Notes: generated from the sequence alone by a model not told the origin. Shown: positions 24,501 to 40,502, counted from the first letter of the stretch. The stretch is DNA of 64,000 bases from Eledone cirrhosa (GCA_964016885.1 OZ024759.1:7068001-7132000), one strand, 5' to 3'. Numbers and translations are program-made.

Positions 24501-27500
24501 GACCACTTTACAGTGTGAACTGGGTGCTTTTTGTTGTGACACCTACATGACCACTTTACAGTGTGGACTGGGTGCCTATTGTTGTGACACACCTACAGAA
24601 CCACTTTACAGTGTGGACTGGGTGCCTTTTGTTGTGACTCCTAAATGACCACTTTGCAGTGTGGACTGGGTACTTTTTGTTGTGACATCTACACAACCAC
24701 TTTACAGTGTGGTGGGGTACTTTTTGTTATGACACCTACACAACCACTTTACAGTGTAGACTGGGTACTTTTTGTTATGACACCTACACAACCACTTTAC
24801 AGTGTGGACTGGGTACTTTTTGTTATGACACCTACACAACCACTTTACAATGTGGACTGGGTACTTTTTGTTATGACACATACATGACCACTTTACAGTG
24901 TGGACTGGGTACTTTTTGTTGTGACACCTACACAACCACTTTACAGTGTGGACTGGGTACTTTTTGTTGTGACACCTACATAACCACTTTACAGTGTGGA
25001 CTGGGTACTTTTTGTTGTGACACCTACATGACCACTTTACAGTGTGGATTGGTACTTTTTGTTGTGACACCTACACGACCACTTTACAGTGTGGACTGGG
25101 TACTTTTTGTTATGACACCTACATGACCACTTTACAGTGTGTACTGGGTTCTTTTTGTTGTGACACCTACATAACCACTTTACAGTGTGGACTGGGTACT
25201 TTTTGTTGTGAAACCTACCAACCACTTTACATTGTGGACTGGGTACTTTTTGTTGTGACACCTACACAACCACTTTACATTGTGGACTGGGTACTTTTTG
25301 TTGTGACACCTACACAACCACTTTACAGTGTGGACTGGGTACTTTTTGTTGTGACACCTACATGACCATTTTACAGTGTGGACTGTGTACTTTTTGTTGT
25401 GACACCTACATGACCACTTTACAGTGTGGACTGGGTACTTTTTGTTGTGACACCTACATGACCACTTTACAGTGTGGACTGGGTGCCTTTTGTTGGGACT
25501 CCTAAATGACCACTTTACAGTGTAGACTGGATACTTTTTGTTGTGACACACCTACATGACCACTTTACAGTGTGGACTGGGTGCCTTTTGTTGTGACTCC
25601 GAAATGACCACTTTACAGTGTGGACTGGGTACTTTTTGTTGTGACACTTACACGACCACTTTACAGTGTAGACTGGGTACTTTTTGTTGTGACACCTACA
25701 CAACCACTTTACAGTGTGGACTGGGTACTTTTTGTTGTGACACCTACACAACCACTTTACAGTGTGGACTGGGTACTTTTTGTTGTGACACTTACACGAC
25801 CACATTACAGTGTGGACTGGGTACTTTTTGTTGTGACACCTACATGACCACTTTACAGTGTGGACTGGGTACTTTTTGTTGTGACACCTACACAACCACT
25901 TTACAGTGTGGACTGGGTACTTTTTGTTATGACACCTACACAACCACTTTACAGTGTGGACTGGGTACTTTTTGTTATGACACATATATGACCACTTTAC
26001 AGTGTGGACTGGGTACTTTTTGTTGTGACACCTACATGACCACTTTACAGTGTGGATTGGTACTTTTTGTTGTGACACCTACATGACCACTTTACAGTGT
26101 GGACTGGGTACTTTTTGTTATGACACCTACATGACCACTTTACAGTGTGTACTGGGTTCTTTTTTTTGTGACACCTACATAACCACTTTACAGTGTGGAC
26201 TGGGTACTTTTTATTGTGTCACCTACACGACCACTTTACAGTGTGGACTGGGTACTTTTTGTTATGACACATATATGACCACTTTACAGTGTGGACTGGG
26301 TACTTTTTGTTGTGAAACCTACCAACCACTTTACATTGTGGACTGGGTACTTTTTGTTGTGACACCTACATGACCACTTTACAGTGTGTACTGGGTACTT
26401 TTTGTTGTGACACCTACATGACCACTTTACAGTGTGTACTGGGTACTTTTTGTTGTGACACCTACATGACCACTTTACAGTGTGTACTGGGTACTTTTTG
26501 TTGTGACACCTACATAACCACTTTACAGTGTGGACTGGCTACTTTTTGTTGTGAAACCTACCAACCACTTTACATTGTGGATTGGGTACTTTTTGTTGTG
26601 ACACCTACATGACCACTTTACAGTGTGTACTGGGTACTTTTTTTTGTGACACCTACACAACCACTTTACAGTGTGGACTGTGTACTTTTTGTTGTGACAC
26701 CTACATGACCACTTTACAGTGTGGACTGGGTGCCTTTTGTTGTGACTCCTAAATGACCACTTTACAGTGTAGACTGGGTACTTTTTGTTGTGACACACCT
26801 ACATGACCACTTTACAGTGTGGACTGGGTGCCTTTTGTTGTGACTACGAAATGACCACTTTACAGTGTGGACTGGGTACTTTTTGTTGTGACACCTACAT
26901 GACCACTTTACAGTGTAGACTGGGTACTTTTTGTTGTGACACCTACACAACCACTTTACAGTGTGGACTGGGTACTTTTTGTTGTGACACCTACACAACC
27001 ACTTTACAGTGTGGACTGGGTATTTTTGTTGTGACACCTACATGACCACTTTACAGTGTGGACTGGGTACTTTTTGTTGTGACACCTACACAACCACTTT
27101 ACAGTGTGTACTGGGTACTTTTTGTTGTGACACCTACACGACCTATTTACAGTGTGGACTGGGTACTTTTTGTTATGACACATACATGACCACTTTACAG
27201 TGTGGACTGGGTACTTTTTGTTGTGACACCTACACAACCACTTTACAGTGTGGTGGGTACTTTTTGTTGTGACACACCTACATGACCACTTTACAGTGTG
27301 GACTGGGTACTTTTTGTTGTGACACCTACACAACCACTTTACAGTGTGGACTGGGTACTTTTTGTTGTGACACCTACATGACCACTTTACAGTGTGTACT
27401 GGGTACTTTTTGTTGTGCACCTACATGACCACTTTACAGTGTGGACTGGGTACTTTTTGCTGTGACACCTACATGACCACTTTACAGTGTGGACTGGGTA

Positions 27501-28027
27501 CTTTTTGTTATGACAGCTACATGACCACTTTACAGTGTGGACTGGGTACTTTTTGTTGTGACACCTACACAACCACTTTACAGTGTGGACTGGGTACTTT
27601 TTGTTGTGACACCTACATGACCACTTTACAGTGTGGACTGGGTACTTTTTGTTGTGACACCTACACAACCACTTTACAGTGTGGACTGGGTACTTTTTGT
27701 TGTGACACCTACATGACCACTTTACAGTGTGGACTGGGTACTTTTTGCTGTGACACCTACATGACCACTTTACAGTGTGGACTGGGTACTTTTTGTTATG
27801 ACAGCTACATGACCACTTTACAGTGTGGACTGGGTACTTTTTGTTGTGACACCTACACAACCACTTTACAGTGTGGACTGGGTACTTTTTGTTGTGACAC
27901 CTACACAACCACTTTACAGTGTGGACTGGGTACTTTTTGTCATGACACCTACATGACCACTTTACAGTGTGGACTGGGTACTTTTTGTTGTGACACCTAC
28001 ACAACTACTTTACAGAGTGTACTGGGT
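18550..28027. repeat. 48-bp satellite (ACCACTTTACAGTGTGGACTGGGTACTTTTTGTTGTGACACCTACATG)n, ~197 copies
   Basis: Tandem array with variant units and kb-scale internal duplications. Confidence 0.97.
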
Positions 28028-28351
28028 GTTCGATATCAAGAATAGTATATCCCCTGAAACAACCATGTAGATATATCCCTTAACCTGTTGACTGCCATGC
28101 ATATTTTACACAGCTGCAGTTGCTGTGCGAGGTTTTTTTTCAGTAAAATGACTATTTTTAAACAAATAATTTATTAATAACACGTATCTGAATGATTGAC
28201 AAATGTCAAATCAATAAACTAGTAACTCCATCTAGGTTTGAAGTTATGAACTGTTGGAAAGGAGTTCAACCATGTTAGGATGAGTTCTCTTGTCTACTGC
28301 ACTGAAGAGGTTAAACCAGCCATTTCTTTGTTTTCATTTTGTTCTATTCAG

Positions 28352-28505
28352 AGTCTGGCGGGATATTCAGAATATTTCCTCTTATTTAACACATTTGATG
28401 AGAACAAGTCATGGTATTTGGACCAAAACATCCACATTTTTGCCACAGATCCACAAGGAGTTGATTTAAATGATCCTGATTTTATTGAGTCGAATAAAAA
28501 ACACG
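28352..28505 (+). CDS. Multicopper oxidase exon F (domain 4 start)
   Basis: TATTCAG acceptor, G|GTAAGT donor; EYFLLFNTFDENKSWYLDQNI...DPDFIESNKKH; phase 0 in. Confidence 0.93.
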
Positions 28506-28653
28506 GTAAGTGGTCCCGTCCTCTTTGTTCCACTCATCATAATAATCTAGACTAAGTTTGAACAGCGCTCCAATGTTGAACCCCACCACTACCACCAGAC
28601 ACTGCATAGTAACTCCTCTCTTTATAATAATCTAGGTTTGAATGGTGCTTCAC

Positions 28654-29171
28654 GGGTGATACCACACCCAGCCACAACACATGCCCAAGGGTGATACCAG
28701 CCCCAGTCACAGCACATACCCAAGGGTGATACCACCTCAAGCCACAACACATACCCAAGGGTGATACCACCCCCAGTCACAACACATACCCAAGGGTGAT
28801 ACCACCCCCAGCCACAACACATACCCAAGGGTAATACCACCCCCAGCCACAACACATACCCAAGGGTGATACCATCCCCAGCCACAACACATACCCAAGA
28901 GTGATACCACCCCAGCCACAACAGATACCCAAGGGTGATACCACCCCCAGCCACAACACATACTCAAGGGTAATACCACCCCCAGCCACAACACATACCC
29001 AAGGGTGATACCACCCCAGCCACAACACATACCCAAGGGTGATACCACCACCAGCCACAACACATACCCAAGGGTAATAGCACCACCAGCCACAATACAT
29101 ACCCAAGGGTAATACCACCCCCAGCCACAACACATAGCCAAGGGTGATACCACCCCCAGCTACAACACATA
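28654..29171. repeat. 35-bp minisatellite (CAAGGGTGATACCACCCCCAGCCACAACACATACC)n, ~15 copies
   Basis: Direct tandem array. Confidence 0.92.
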
Positions 29172-30402
29172 ATACCACACTCATGGATTCTGAAATCACT
29201 GGACATCTTCAAACTGTCACCTGTAATTTCAAACTTCCTGAAACACAATATGTCATTATGGAACACAAATCTCCAATTATATCATTCTAATGGAGTTCTA
29301 AGAATATAAACATCAACTGTGGCATTTTCCAAGGTGACTCACTTTCACCCTTACTTTTTTGCATAGCTTTAATACCCCTTACATCCAAACTTAATAGAAC
29401 AGGGTACGGTTACAACATTGACAACAAGAAAATAAGTCACCTATTTTATATGGATTATTTAAAGTTATATTGCAAAGACAATGACGAGCTAGAGGGCCTA
29501 TTGCGGACAGTAAAAACATTTAGTGATGACATCAGGATGGAGTTTGGACTTGATAAGTGTCCCAAAGCCACTTTCAAGAAGTTGAATTAGATGCTGAAAT
29601 AGTCATCAAAGAACAAACCTATTAATACTTAGGGGTTAATGAGGGCTGTGACATTCAGCATGAAAGTATGAAAGAGAGGATAAGGAAGGAATGTTACAGG
29701 AGAGTACATGCAGTTCTGGCTACGTAGCTTAGGGCTAAAAGCAGAGAGTGAAGGCTTCATCTTAGCTGCCCAGGATCAAAGCTTACTGATACGGAATTAC
29801 CAGGCCAATATGATGAGAAATGGAGTAAATCCAAAGTGCCAATTCTGAAACGTTAAGGTTGAAACAGTAGACCGCTTAGTTTCTGGATGTAAAGTTTTAG
29901 CCCCGGTAGAATACAAATATAGACATGACAGAGTTGGCCAATATCTACACTGGATAATATGTCGGAATTATAAATCAAAGCTGAAGACAAGTGGTACAAT
30001 CATCACCCTGAGGCTGTAACTGAAGGAGAAAAGGTAACAATTCTTTGGGACTTTCCTATACATACTGACAGGACCATAAAAGCTAATAGACCAGATATCA
30101 TTGTAAAAGACCAACATAACAAGGTCTGTTTACTGATTGATAAGAGCATCCCATGTGATTACAATATCACGGCAAAAGAATTTGACAAGCTACGAAAATA
30201 TAAAGATCTGCTTATTGAAATCGAAAGAATGTGGCACCTCAAGGCCGTTACAATACCAGTGATTGTGGGAGGACTGGGAATGATCAAGAAAGGAACAGAA
30301 CAGTATTTGAGAATGATTCCTCGTTTACCCTCTCTGCACGAGGTGCAAAAAATTGTTTTGACTGGTACTGCACACGTATTGAGAAGAGCACTGTCTCTGT
30401 AA
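29172..30402 (+). mobile_element. R4/Dong-clade LINE fragment (RT plus restriction-like endonuclease), degraded
   Basis: IPHSWIL, GIFQGDSLSP, SHLFYMD, AAQDQSL, YKYRHDRV, ILWDFPIHTDRTIKANRPDIIV, KLRKYKDL, VIVGGLG, ending LRRALSL*. Confidence 0.88.
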
Positions 30403-30426
30403 GATTGATATCCCCCCACCCCACCC

Positions 30427-30730
30427 GTGTGTGTGTGTGAGCGTGCGTGCATGGATATCTTTTATTTATATATATGTATATGTATGTGTATGTATGTGTA
30501 TTTGTATCTGTGTGTGTGTGTGTGTGTGTGTATGTATATGTGCCTATGTGTGTGGATGTGTATATGTGTGTATGTATGTGTATGTTTGTGTGAGTATATA
30601 TGTATGTGTACATGTGTGTGTGTGTGTGTGTGTGTATGTATTTATATGTGTGTATGTATATATGTGTGTATGTATATGTATGTGTGTGTATATAATTATA
30701 TATGTGTGTGTGTGTATACATATACATATA
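30427..30730. repeat. (TG/TA)n microsatellite
   Basis: Low-complexity dinucleotide tract. Confidence 0.85.
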
Positions 30731-30913
30731 TTTTAGCCCCTAAAATGTTGAGCGCATTATGGTGTAACCGATATAGTGAAGAAGTGGAGGAAACAGCCAC
30801 CAGCTACACCCAGAAATTCCCTCTACCCAGGGGACTGTCTACACAGAAGAAGATATTAACTAATTATTTGCCTAATTACTACATTTCATACTTATGGTAC
30901 TATAGTTCCATAG

Positions 30914-31355
30914 CATCATCATCATCACCGTTTTACGTTCGTTCTTCCACGCTAGCATGGGTTATACGGGTTGTCCTGTTGTGTGAAGTGTCTGGTCAGC
31001 TGACCTTGTCTTGCTCATACGGAACTGATTTTGGCTTGATTTCTACAGCTGGATGCCCTTCCTAACACCAACCTCATTTACAGTGAGTGCTGGGTGCTTT
31101 TTTGCCGTGGCACCTCAACGTCCACTTTACAGTGTGGGCTGGGTGCTTTTTTTGCCGTGGCACCTCCACGACCACTTTGCAGTGGAATGATATGGACCCC
31201 AGTCCCTATCATCTCATTTCTACAGCTGAGTAAACTGGAGCAATGTGAAATGAAGTGTCTTGCTCAAGGAAACAACACATCACCCGGTCCGAGAATTGAA
31301 CTCAGAACCTTTCGATTACAAGCCCAATGCTCTAACCACTAAGCCATGTGCCTTC
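30914..31355 (-). mobile_element. CORE-SINE (family 2), full length
   Basis: Minus strand: A-box TGGCTTAGTGG, B-box GAGTTCAATTC, CORE-like TCCTTGAGCAAGACACTT...CAGTTTACTCAGCTGTAGAAATGAG, ~48-bp internal repeats, (TGA)n tail. Confidence 0.88.
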
Positions 31356-31984
31356 AATATATGGATAATATATCTGTAATATCCAATATTGACCCCCTTT
31401 TCAAAACTTTTTACTATGATTTAAATATCTTCCTATTTATTTTATATATATTTTTTTTTCTATTTACTTCAAGCAAGATTTTAACTTTTAACTTTTAATT
31501 TCTAATTTTCAATCTTAATTTCTACTGTGAAACCATAATATCTAGAATTAAGTTTATATTATCTGAGTGGGTGATGGTCAACTCAATTGACCAAGCATAG
31601 ATTAGGGGTAGTATCGAGACCTATTGAAACTCATACTCTCCCACCCCCACTAGGTTTCAGTCAACTGCCACTGACAGGGAGAATAGCAGTATAGTTTAAC
31701 CATGTCATATTACTGGCCTGGATGGAGGTGACTGTTTGATTGGTGGGAGGGACTTGCCTAGGATAGTTTCGTTGAGTTTGGGGTAGTGGATGGTTCCTTT
31801 ACTTTTGCGCCTGCACAAACCAGTGGAGGTGAATTGGGGCTCACAAGGGAACAGGCGAAAGATTCAAGAACATGTGGGAATCGACGAAGACTTCAAAAAC
31901 ATCATCTTTGTCCGTTCCCCAAAATTATAGAAGCTGGATTCTTATAGAATTCCAGTAATAATCAGGAGCTGATTATACAGAGCA

Positions 31985-32034
<50 letters not shown>

Positions 32035-32049
32035 GTATATGTATGTATG

Positions 32050-32080
<31 letters not shown>

Positions 32081-32106
32081 GTATATATATATGTATGTAT
32101 GTTTAT

Positions 32107-32702
32107 GTCAGGTCACCAGTTGGTGCTACTGGTAACATGTATCCCAGTACAACCTGTCCCATGGTCGGGTCGTTGGCGACTAAACTGGCAACCCCACCAA
32201 GGTTTCTTGGTGAGGAGGGTGACTTTGGACATCCTGCAGGACTAAAAACAAAACCTGTCAAAGGGCAAAGGAGCTCTTAAGAGTCAATGGCCATCCAAAA
32301 TCACCGGGAGAGATGACCCCTTAGCCTTTGTCAAGGCAGAATTCTAGGAGAAGGAAAACTCTGATATCACACCTGCAACCCTGATGATATCCAATGATGT
32401 TGACTTGTTCTTCTTTTTGGTAAATATCATCTTGGTTAAGAGAGTGGGACTGGCTTTGTGCAGTGCCTTTGCTCACTATAAAAACTTCACGGCACAGGCA
32501 TTGCTTTATATCTGGAGATCTCTCTGCACTTGTCGTCACATGGTACCATGGACCCAGCACTATGTGTCAATAATTGTCACAAGTGTAGTGTTTGTACCAG
32601 AGTTTTCAAGTCGCTGGCTGGACTGAAAAGTCACACTCGTTCAGGGTCCTCCTACATGGATATAAAGTAGTGGCCGTACTCGAAAACGAGTTGGCAGCCA
32701 CC
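32107..32702. mobile_element. Probable RTE LINE 5'-region fragment
   Basis: Unique GC-richer block between (TA/TG)n tracts with GGAGAAGGAAAACTCTGA, recalled as an RTE 5' UTR motif; no convincing ORF. Confidence 0.35.
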
Positions 32703-32704
32703 AT

Positions 32705-34060
<1,356 letters not shown>

Positions 34061-34386
34061 ATCGTGTAGGTGTCACGACAATCGTGTAGGTGTCACGACA
34101 ATCGTGTAGGTGTCACGACAAAAAAACAATCGTGTAGGTGTCACGACAAAAAAACACACAGTCCACGCTGTAATGTGGCCGTGTAGGCAACACGGTAAAA
34201 ACCTCCCAGACCCACACTGTAAATGTGGTTGGTGTTAGGAAGGGCATCCAACTGTAGAAAACCTGCCAGACAGTCCTATGCGAGCAAGACAATCACTCTT
34301 GCCTCAAGTGGGACTACCCCCGTCCAAACCCATGCAAGCGTGGAACACGGACGTTAAACGTTGATGATGATGATGATGATGATGAT
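34061..34386 (+). mobile_element. Diverged family-2 SINE 3' part with a 20-bp tandem triplication at its start
   Basis: ATCGTGTAGGTGTCACGACA x3, GGTGTTAGGAAGGGCATCCA..TGTAGAAA, GGACGTTAAACG(TGA)n tail. Confidence 0.75.
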
Positions 34387-36250
<1,864 letters not shown>

Positions 36251-36251
36251 A

Positions 36252-36647
36252 GGAGGTGAGTTTTATTGTAGTACAATAAAGCAATGCAGATATCGGATAA
36301 GAAGCACTCTACAGTTTGTGGGACTGGAGTATGCATAATATAAGATCAAAAGATGGTTAAAGGAGTTCAATATATTTTATTATGCGCATTTCAAAAACAA
36401 ACATCATCCTTTTCTCTCCCCCCCTCTCTAAATAAAATATTTTTTCCCAATATCACACATCAATCTAAAACCACTTTTCATATGTTGATTTAAAACTGCA
36501 CTATCAACAAGTGTTTTTTTAGCCTTCATATGTTCTCCTGTTTTATCTGATGAAAACACAAATATTATTGTTTGATGATGTTTGTTTTTGAAATGCGCAT
36601 AATAAAATATATTGAACTCCTTTAACCATCTTTTGATCTTATATTAT
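36252..36647. mobile_element. Penelope-like pLTR element with a 74-bp internal inverted repeat
   Basis: 36335-36408 and 36574-36647 are reverse complements; left part homologous to 10487-10645; embedded in (TA)n. Confidence 0.75.
36539..36609 (+). ncRNA. Type I hammerhead ribozyme motif with long stem II (sense to the host gene)
   Basis: UGUUUUAU CUGAUGA AAAC-ACAAAUAUUAUU-GUUU-GAUGAUGUUUGU-UUUU GAA AUGCGCAU A AUAAAAUA; perfect palindrome AUGCGCAU. Confidence 0.8.
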
Positions 36648-36729
36648 ATATGTATATATATGTATATATATATATGTATATATTTTAAGAGAGTAAAACA
36701 AAGAATCCTTTAATACATCAAAAGTTTTT

Positions 36730-36774
36730 ATTAGCCGACAATGTTTCGTCCTATTAAGGACTCATCAGGGCAAT
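36730..36774 (-). ncRNA. Minimal type I hammerhead ribozyme with canonical core
   Basis: Minus-strand RNA: AUUGCC CUGAUGA GUCC UUAAUA GGAC GAA AC AUU GU C GGC U AAU; G10.1-C11.1 pair; predicted GUC cleavage between 36737 and 36736. Confidence 0.85.
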
Positions 36775-38226
36775 CAAAACAACAAGAGGTAATTTCGGCA
36801 GATACAAGCCAGAAACTCTGAAGAATATGGAGTTTACATACACTAATGTCTTACAAGGATATACGATAATAAAAATGAAGATAAAACTAATCAAATTATA
36901 ATAACTAAGGATGTAGATAACATTAAGAACCATATTACAAATATGGTCCAAAGTCACCAACTTAAATCTAAACAAATTTGGTTATATAGAACAGGAATTA
37001 TATATAACACAGTATAATACATTATAATAATAATATATCTATACCAACACTGAAATTCCAAATCAAAAATCAAAAGGTACAATATATACATGTATATATG
37101 TGCGCACACACACACACACACATATTACAATACACATATCTATTTTCTATTACACAGAAATTAAGCCCTATTGGAAGTTTAAACATCAAAAATATTAAAA
37201 ATAAGCATGGTAATAGTGAAAATAATGCTAATACATCTACCCAATATACATGGGGCAATAATTACAAGAAACACTTATAATAAATAATAAACAACAAAAT
37301 TATATAATATAATACAATATAATAAAGTAGAATATATATAAAATAAGAATATATATAATCTCCGGTTAATTTACAGAAACAATATAGATGTCACAGTGAA
37401 ATACAATGATAAGTTGTTAACATTATATTAACAATTACCATAATCAATATGTACAACATGGTTCATACTGGGTTACATAATAAATGGGGAAATATCAATC
37501 ATATAATATAATACAATAATACAATAATACTCAAAAAAACTATATTGGTACAGGGAACAATTATGATGTTACAGAAAAAATATGTTGTTACAGAAAAAAT
37601 ATATAGACATCTAACATGATATGTAAAGTCTAAATACCATAATGTTACATACTACAATATTAAAATATTAAAATATTAAAATATTAAAAAATATAAAGTT
37701 TAAGTATCTTAATGTTATATATAATAAACGGTAAGTAATAAGGATCTATATCATAATGTAATATATTTTTAAAATAGGCATATAATATATAAATAAATAC
37801 TTATAATTTCAAGGTTAGTAGACAGACATATGTGGATGAGCAAAGCCAGACAGTGAGTGGTAAATAAAAACAATCAACCGGAAATTACAAAACGAAGCAA
37901 ATGTATACACACTTAAGTCCCGCGTGCATTAAGAAATTTGGTAAGCACCCTGGAAAACGATCATTTTAAATGACTCCCAACCCTATTTGATAAATTAATA
38001 TTAAAAATATCAAACCCGTCCGATAAGGTAGTATAAAATTAGCTATAGTCTCAGTCATTAAAGTATATAAACTTTAATATATCGTTACAAATGTTTACAA
38101 AAAGGAATAAAATTACACTATCATACACGCAACGATATCTAAAAGCCGACTTAAGTAAAGTTAAGGTAAGCTAATGGGGACAGAATTGACGAAATATATG
38201 GAGGGTGCGAAGTAGCATAAAATATA

Positions 38227-38931
38227 TTCGATATACTATAATAAATAATAGAACAGAGCATAAAAGAGTGAGGGGGGGGGGGGGGGGGGGTAATATAATT
38301 GTTTCTACTTTAGGCACAAGGCCAGCAATTACCCAGTGCATTACTGGTACTTTATTTTATCGACCCCGTAAGGATGAAAGGCAAAGTCAACCTCGGCGGG
38401 ATTTGAACTCAGATCGTAAAGGGACCTAACCATGCTGAAAAGCATGGCGTCCGACCCTCTACTGATACTGCCAATCCACAATCATATTTAATCTAGAGGG
38501 GTTGACAATAAGTTTATGCGTGCATGGGGGGGGGGAGAAGGGGGGGGGGGGGGGGTTAATAGATAAATCAGAATAGACTTAGAAATAAAAATATAAATAG
38601 AATTAAAAATAAAAATAAAAATAATGTTAAAATTAAAAATTAAATATACTATAATTATAAATAATTCGATATACTATAATAATTCGATATACTATAATAA
38701 ATTATAATAAATTCGATATACTATAATAAATAATAGAACAGAGCATAAAAGAGTGGGGGGGGGGGGTTAATATAATCATATTCAATCTAGGGGGGTTGAC
38801 AATAAGTTTATGCGTGCATGGGGGGGGGAGAAGGGGGGGGGGTTAATAGATAAATCAGAATAGACTTAGAAATAAAAATATAAATAGAATTGAAAATAAA
38901 AATAAAAATAATGTTAAAATTAAAAATTAAA
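38227..38931. repeat. Tandem duplication of a ~220-bp unit containing poly-G runs
   Basis: TTCGATATACTATAATAAATAATAGAACAGAGCATAAAAGAGTG...AAAATTAAAAATTAAA at ~38227-38645 (with SINE insert) and ~38712-38931. Confidence 0.85.
38296..38479 (-). mobile_element. tRNA-SINE family 1
   Basis: Reverse complement of the 606-831 and 9088-9275 copies. Confidence 0.88.
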
Positions 38932-38961
38932 GTTAATGATAATAAAAGAATATATAAAGGT

Positions 38962-39796
38962 AATAACGTGGGACGGGTCTTATTCAGCACAGCATCTCTC
39001 CACTTGTCACGGTCCTTCGTCATCTCCACCGTGAGCTTCAATGATCTGAGGTCTGTTCTCACCACCTCCGCCCATGTTTTTCGTGGTCTACCTGTACCAC
39101 GTCTTCCTTCAACTGGCATTTCCTGGCACTTCTTCACCCATCGGTCATCCTCCATGCGCATCACATGTCCATACCACCTCAGTCTCCTCTCCCGTACACT
39201 ACATTCTATCCCTCTCAGACACAGTTTCTCTCTCAACACATTTATGCTGGGTCGTTCACGCACATTTACACTGCACATCCAATGGAGCATGCTTGCCTCA
39301 TTTCTCTCCAGCCGTCGCATATCCTCTGCAGTTGCTGCCCATGTCTCACTACCATGCAGCATCGCGCTCCTCACACAGGCATCATACAACTGGCCTTTCA
39401 TACGCAGGGAGAAACCCTTCTTCGTCAACAGAGGAAGCAGCTCCCTAAACTTCTTCCAACCCATCCTTATTCTAGATACTATGGCCTCGGAACACCCTCC
39501 TCCCATGCTAATCTGATTTCCTAGGTACCGGAAGCTATCCACCACTTCTATAGCTCCCGCCTGCATTTGAAAAATGTGTCTATCAATGCGACTTCTACTG
39601 TCTAATTTCCCCGCACATCTACTGCAAACATATTTCTCCCTACCTGCTAGTTTGCCCGCCATCCCACCACATCCCCCGTGCACCCACAATCTGCACTGTG
39701 TGCACCCTATAGAATTCATGCCAGCTCCTTTTCTGCACATCGAACATGGCCATTTCCCCGACGGGACCAGGGCCTTGTCCTCTTTTCCACCCATCA
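38962..39796 (-). mobile_element. RTE-type (RTE-X-like) LINE 3' fragment with an uninterrupted reading frame
   Basis: WPCSMCRKG...[10 protein letters not shown] (PHD-like), [46 protein letters not shown]. Confidence 0.9.
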
Positions 39797-39841
39797 ATAT
39801 ATATATGTATATATATGTATATATATGTATGTATATATATG

Positions 39842-39879
<38 letters not shown>

Positions 39880-39895
39880 TATATGTATATATATG

Positions 39896-39933
<38 letters not shown>

Positions 39934-39949
39934 TATATGTATATATATG

Positions 39950-39987
<38 letters not shown>

Positions 39988-40007
39988 TATATATATGTAT
40001 ATATATG

Positions 40008-40045
<38 letters not shown>

Positions 40046-40109
40046 TATATATGTATATATATACATATTTATATATATGAAGCATATAGACAATATGCGC
40101 CCACACCCC

Positions 40110-40386
40110 CCACTGCAAGGTGGTCGTGGAGGTGCCACGGCAAAAAAGCACCCAGCCCACACTGTAAAGTGGACGTGTAGGCGCCACGAAAAAAGCACCC
40201 AGCACTCACTGTAAATGAGGTTGGTGTTAGGAAGGGCATCCAGCTGTAGAAATCAAGCCAGATCAGTTCCTGTATGAGCAAGGCATGGTCAGCCGACCAG
40301 ACACTGCACACAACAGGACAACCCGTCTAACCCATGCTAGCGTGGAAGAACGGACGTAAAACGGTGGTGATGATGATGATGATGAT
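40110..40386 (+). mobile_element. Family-2 SINE 3' part with (TGA)n tail
   Basis: Reverse complement of ~30914-31180. Confidence 0.85.
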
Positions 40387-40463
40387 GTATATGTATATGT
40401 ATATATATATGTATATATATATATATGTATATATGTATATGTATATTTATATATATATATGTA

Positions 40464-40502
<39 letters not shown>

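Noticed and set aside
18550-28027. Long Cys-rich ORFs (TTLQCGLGTFCCDTY)n and their antisense ORFs; CRISPR-like periodicity
   Set aside because: The 48-bp unit is divisible by 3, so long ORFs arise automatically; the array is intronic, frameshifted and SINE-derived, with no unique spacers or cas genes
31270-31355. tRNA gene (A and B boxes present)
   Set aside because: Continues into a CORE domain and tail and is multi-copy, so it is a SINE head; the same applies to family-1 heads
31560-31980. GC-richer unique block
   Set aside because: No ORF, splice-compatible exon or recognisable repeat ends; cannot be called from the sequence alone
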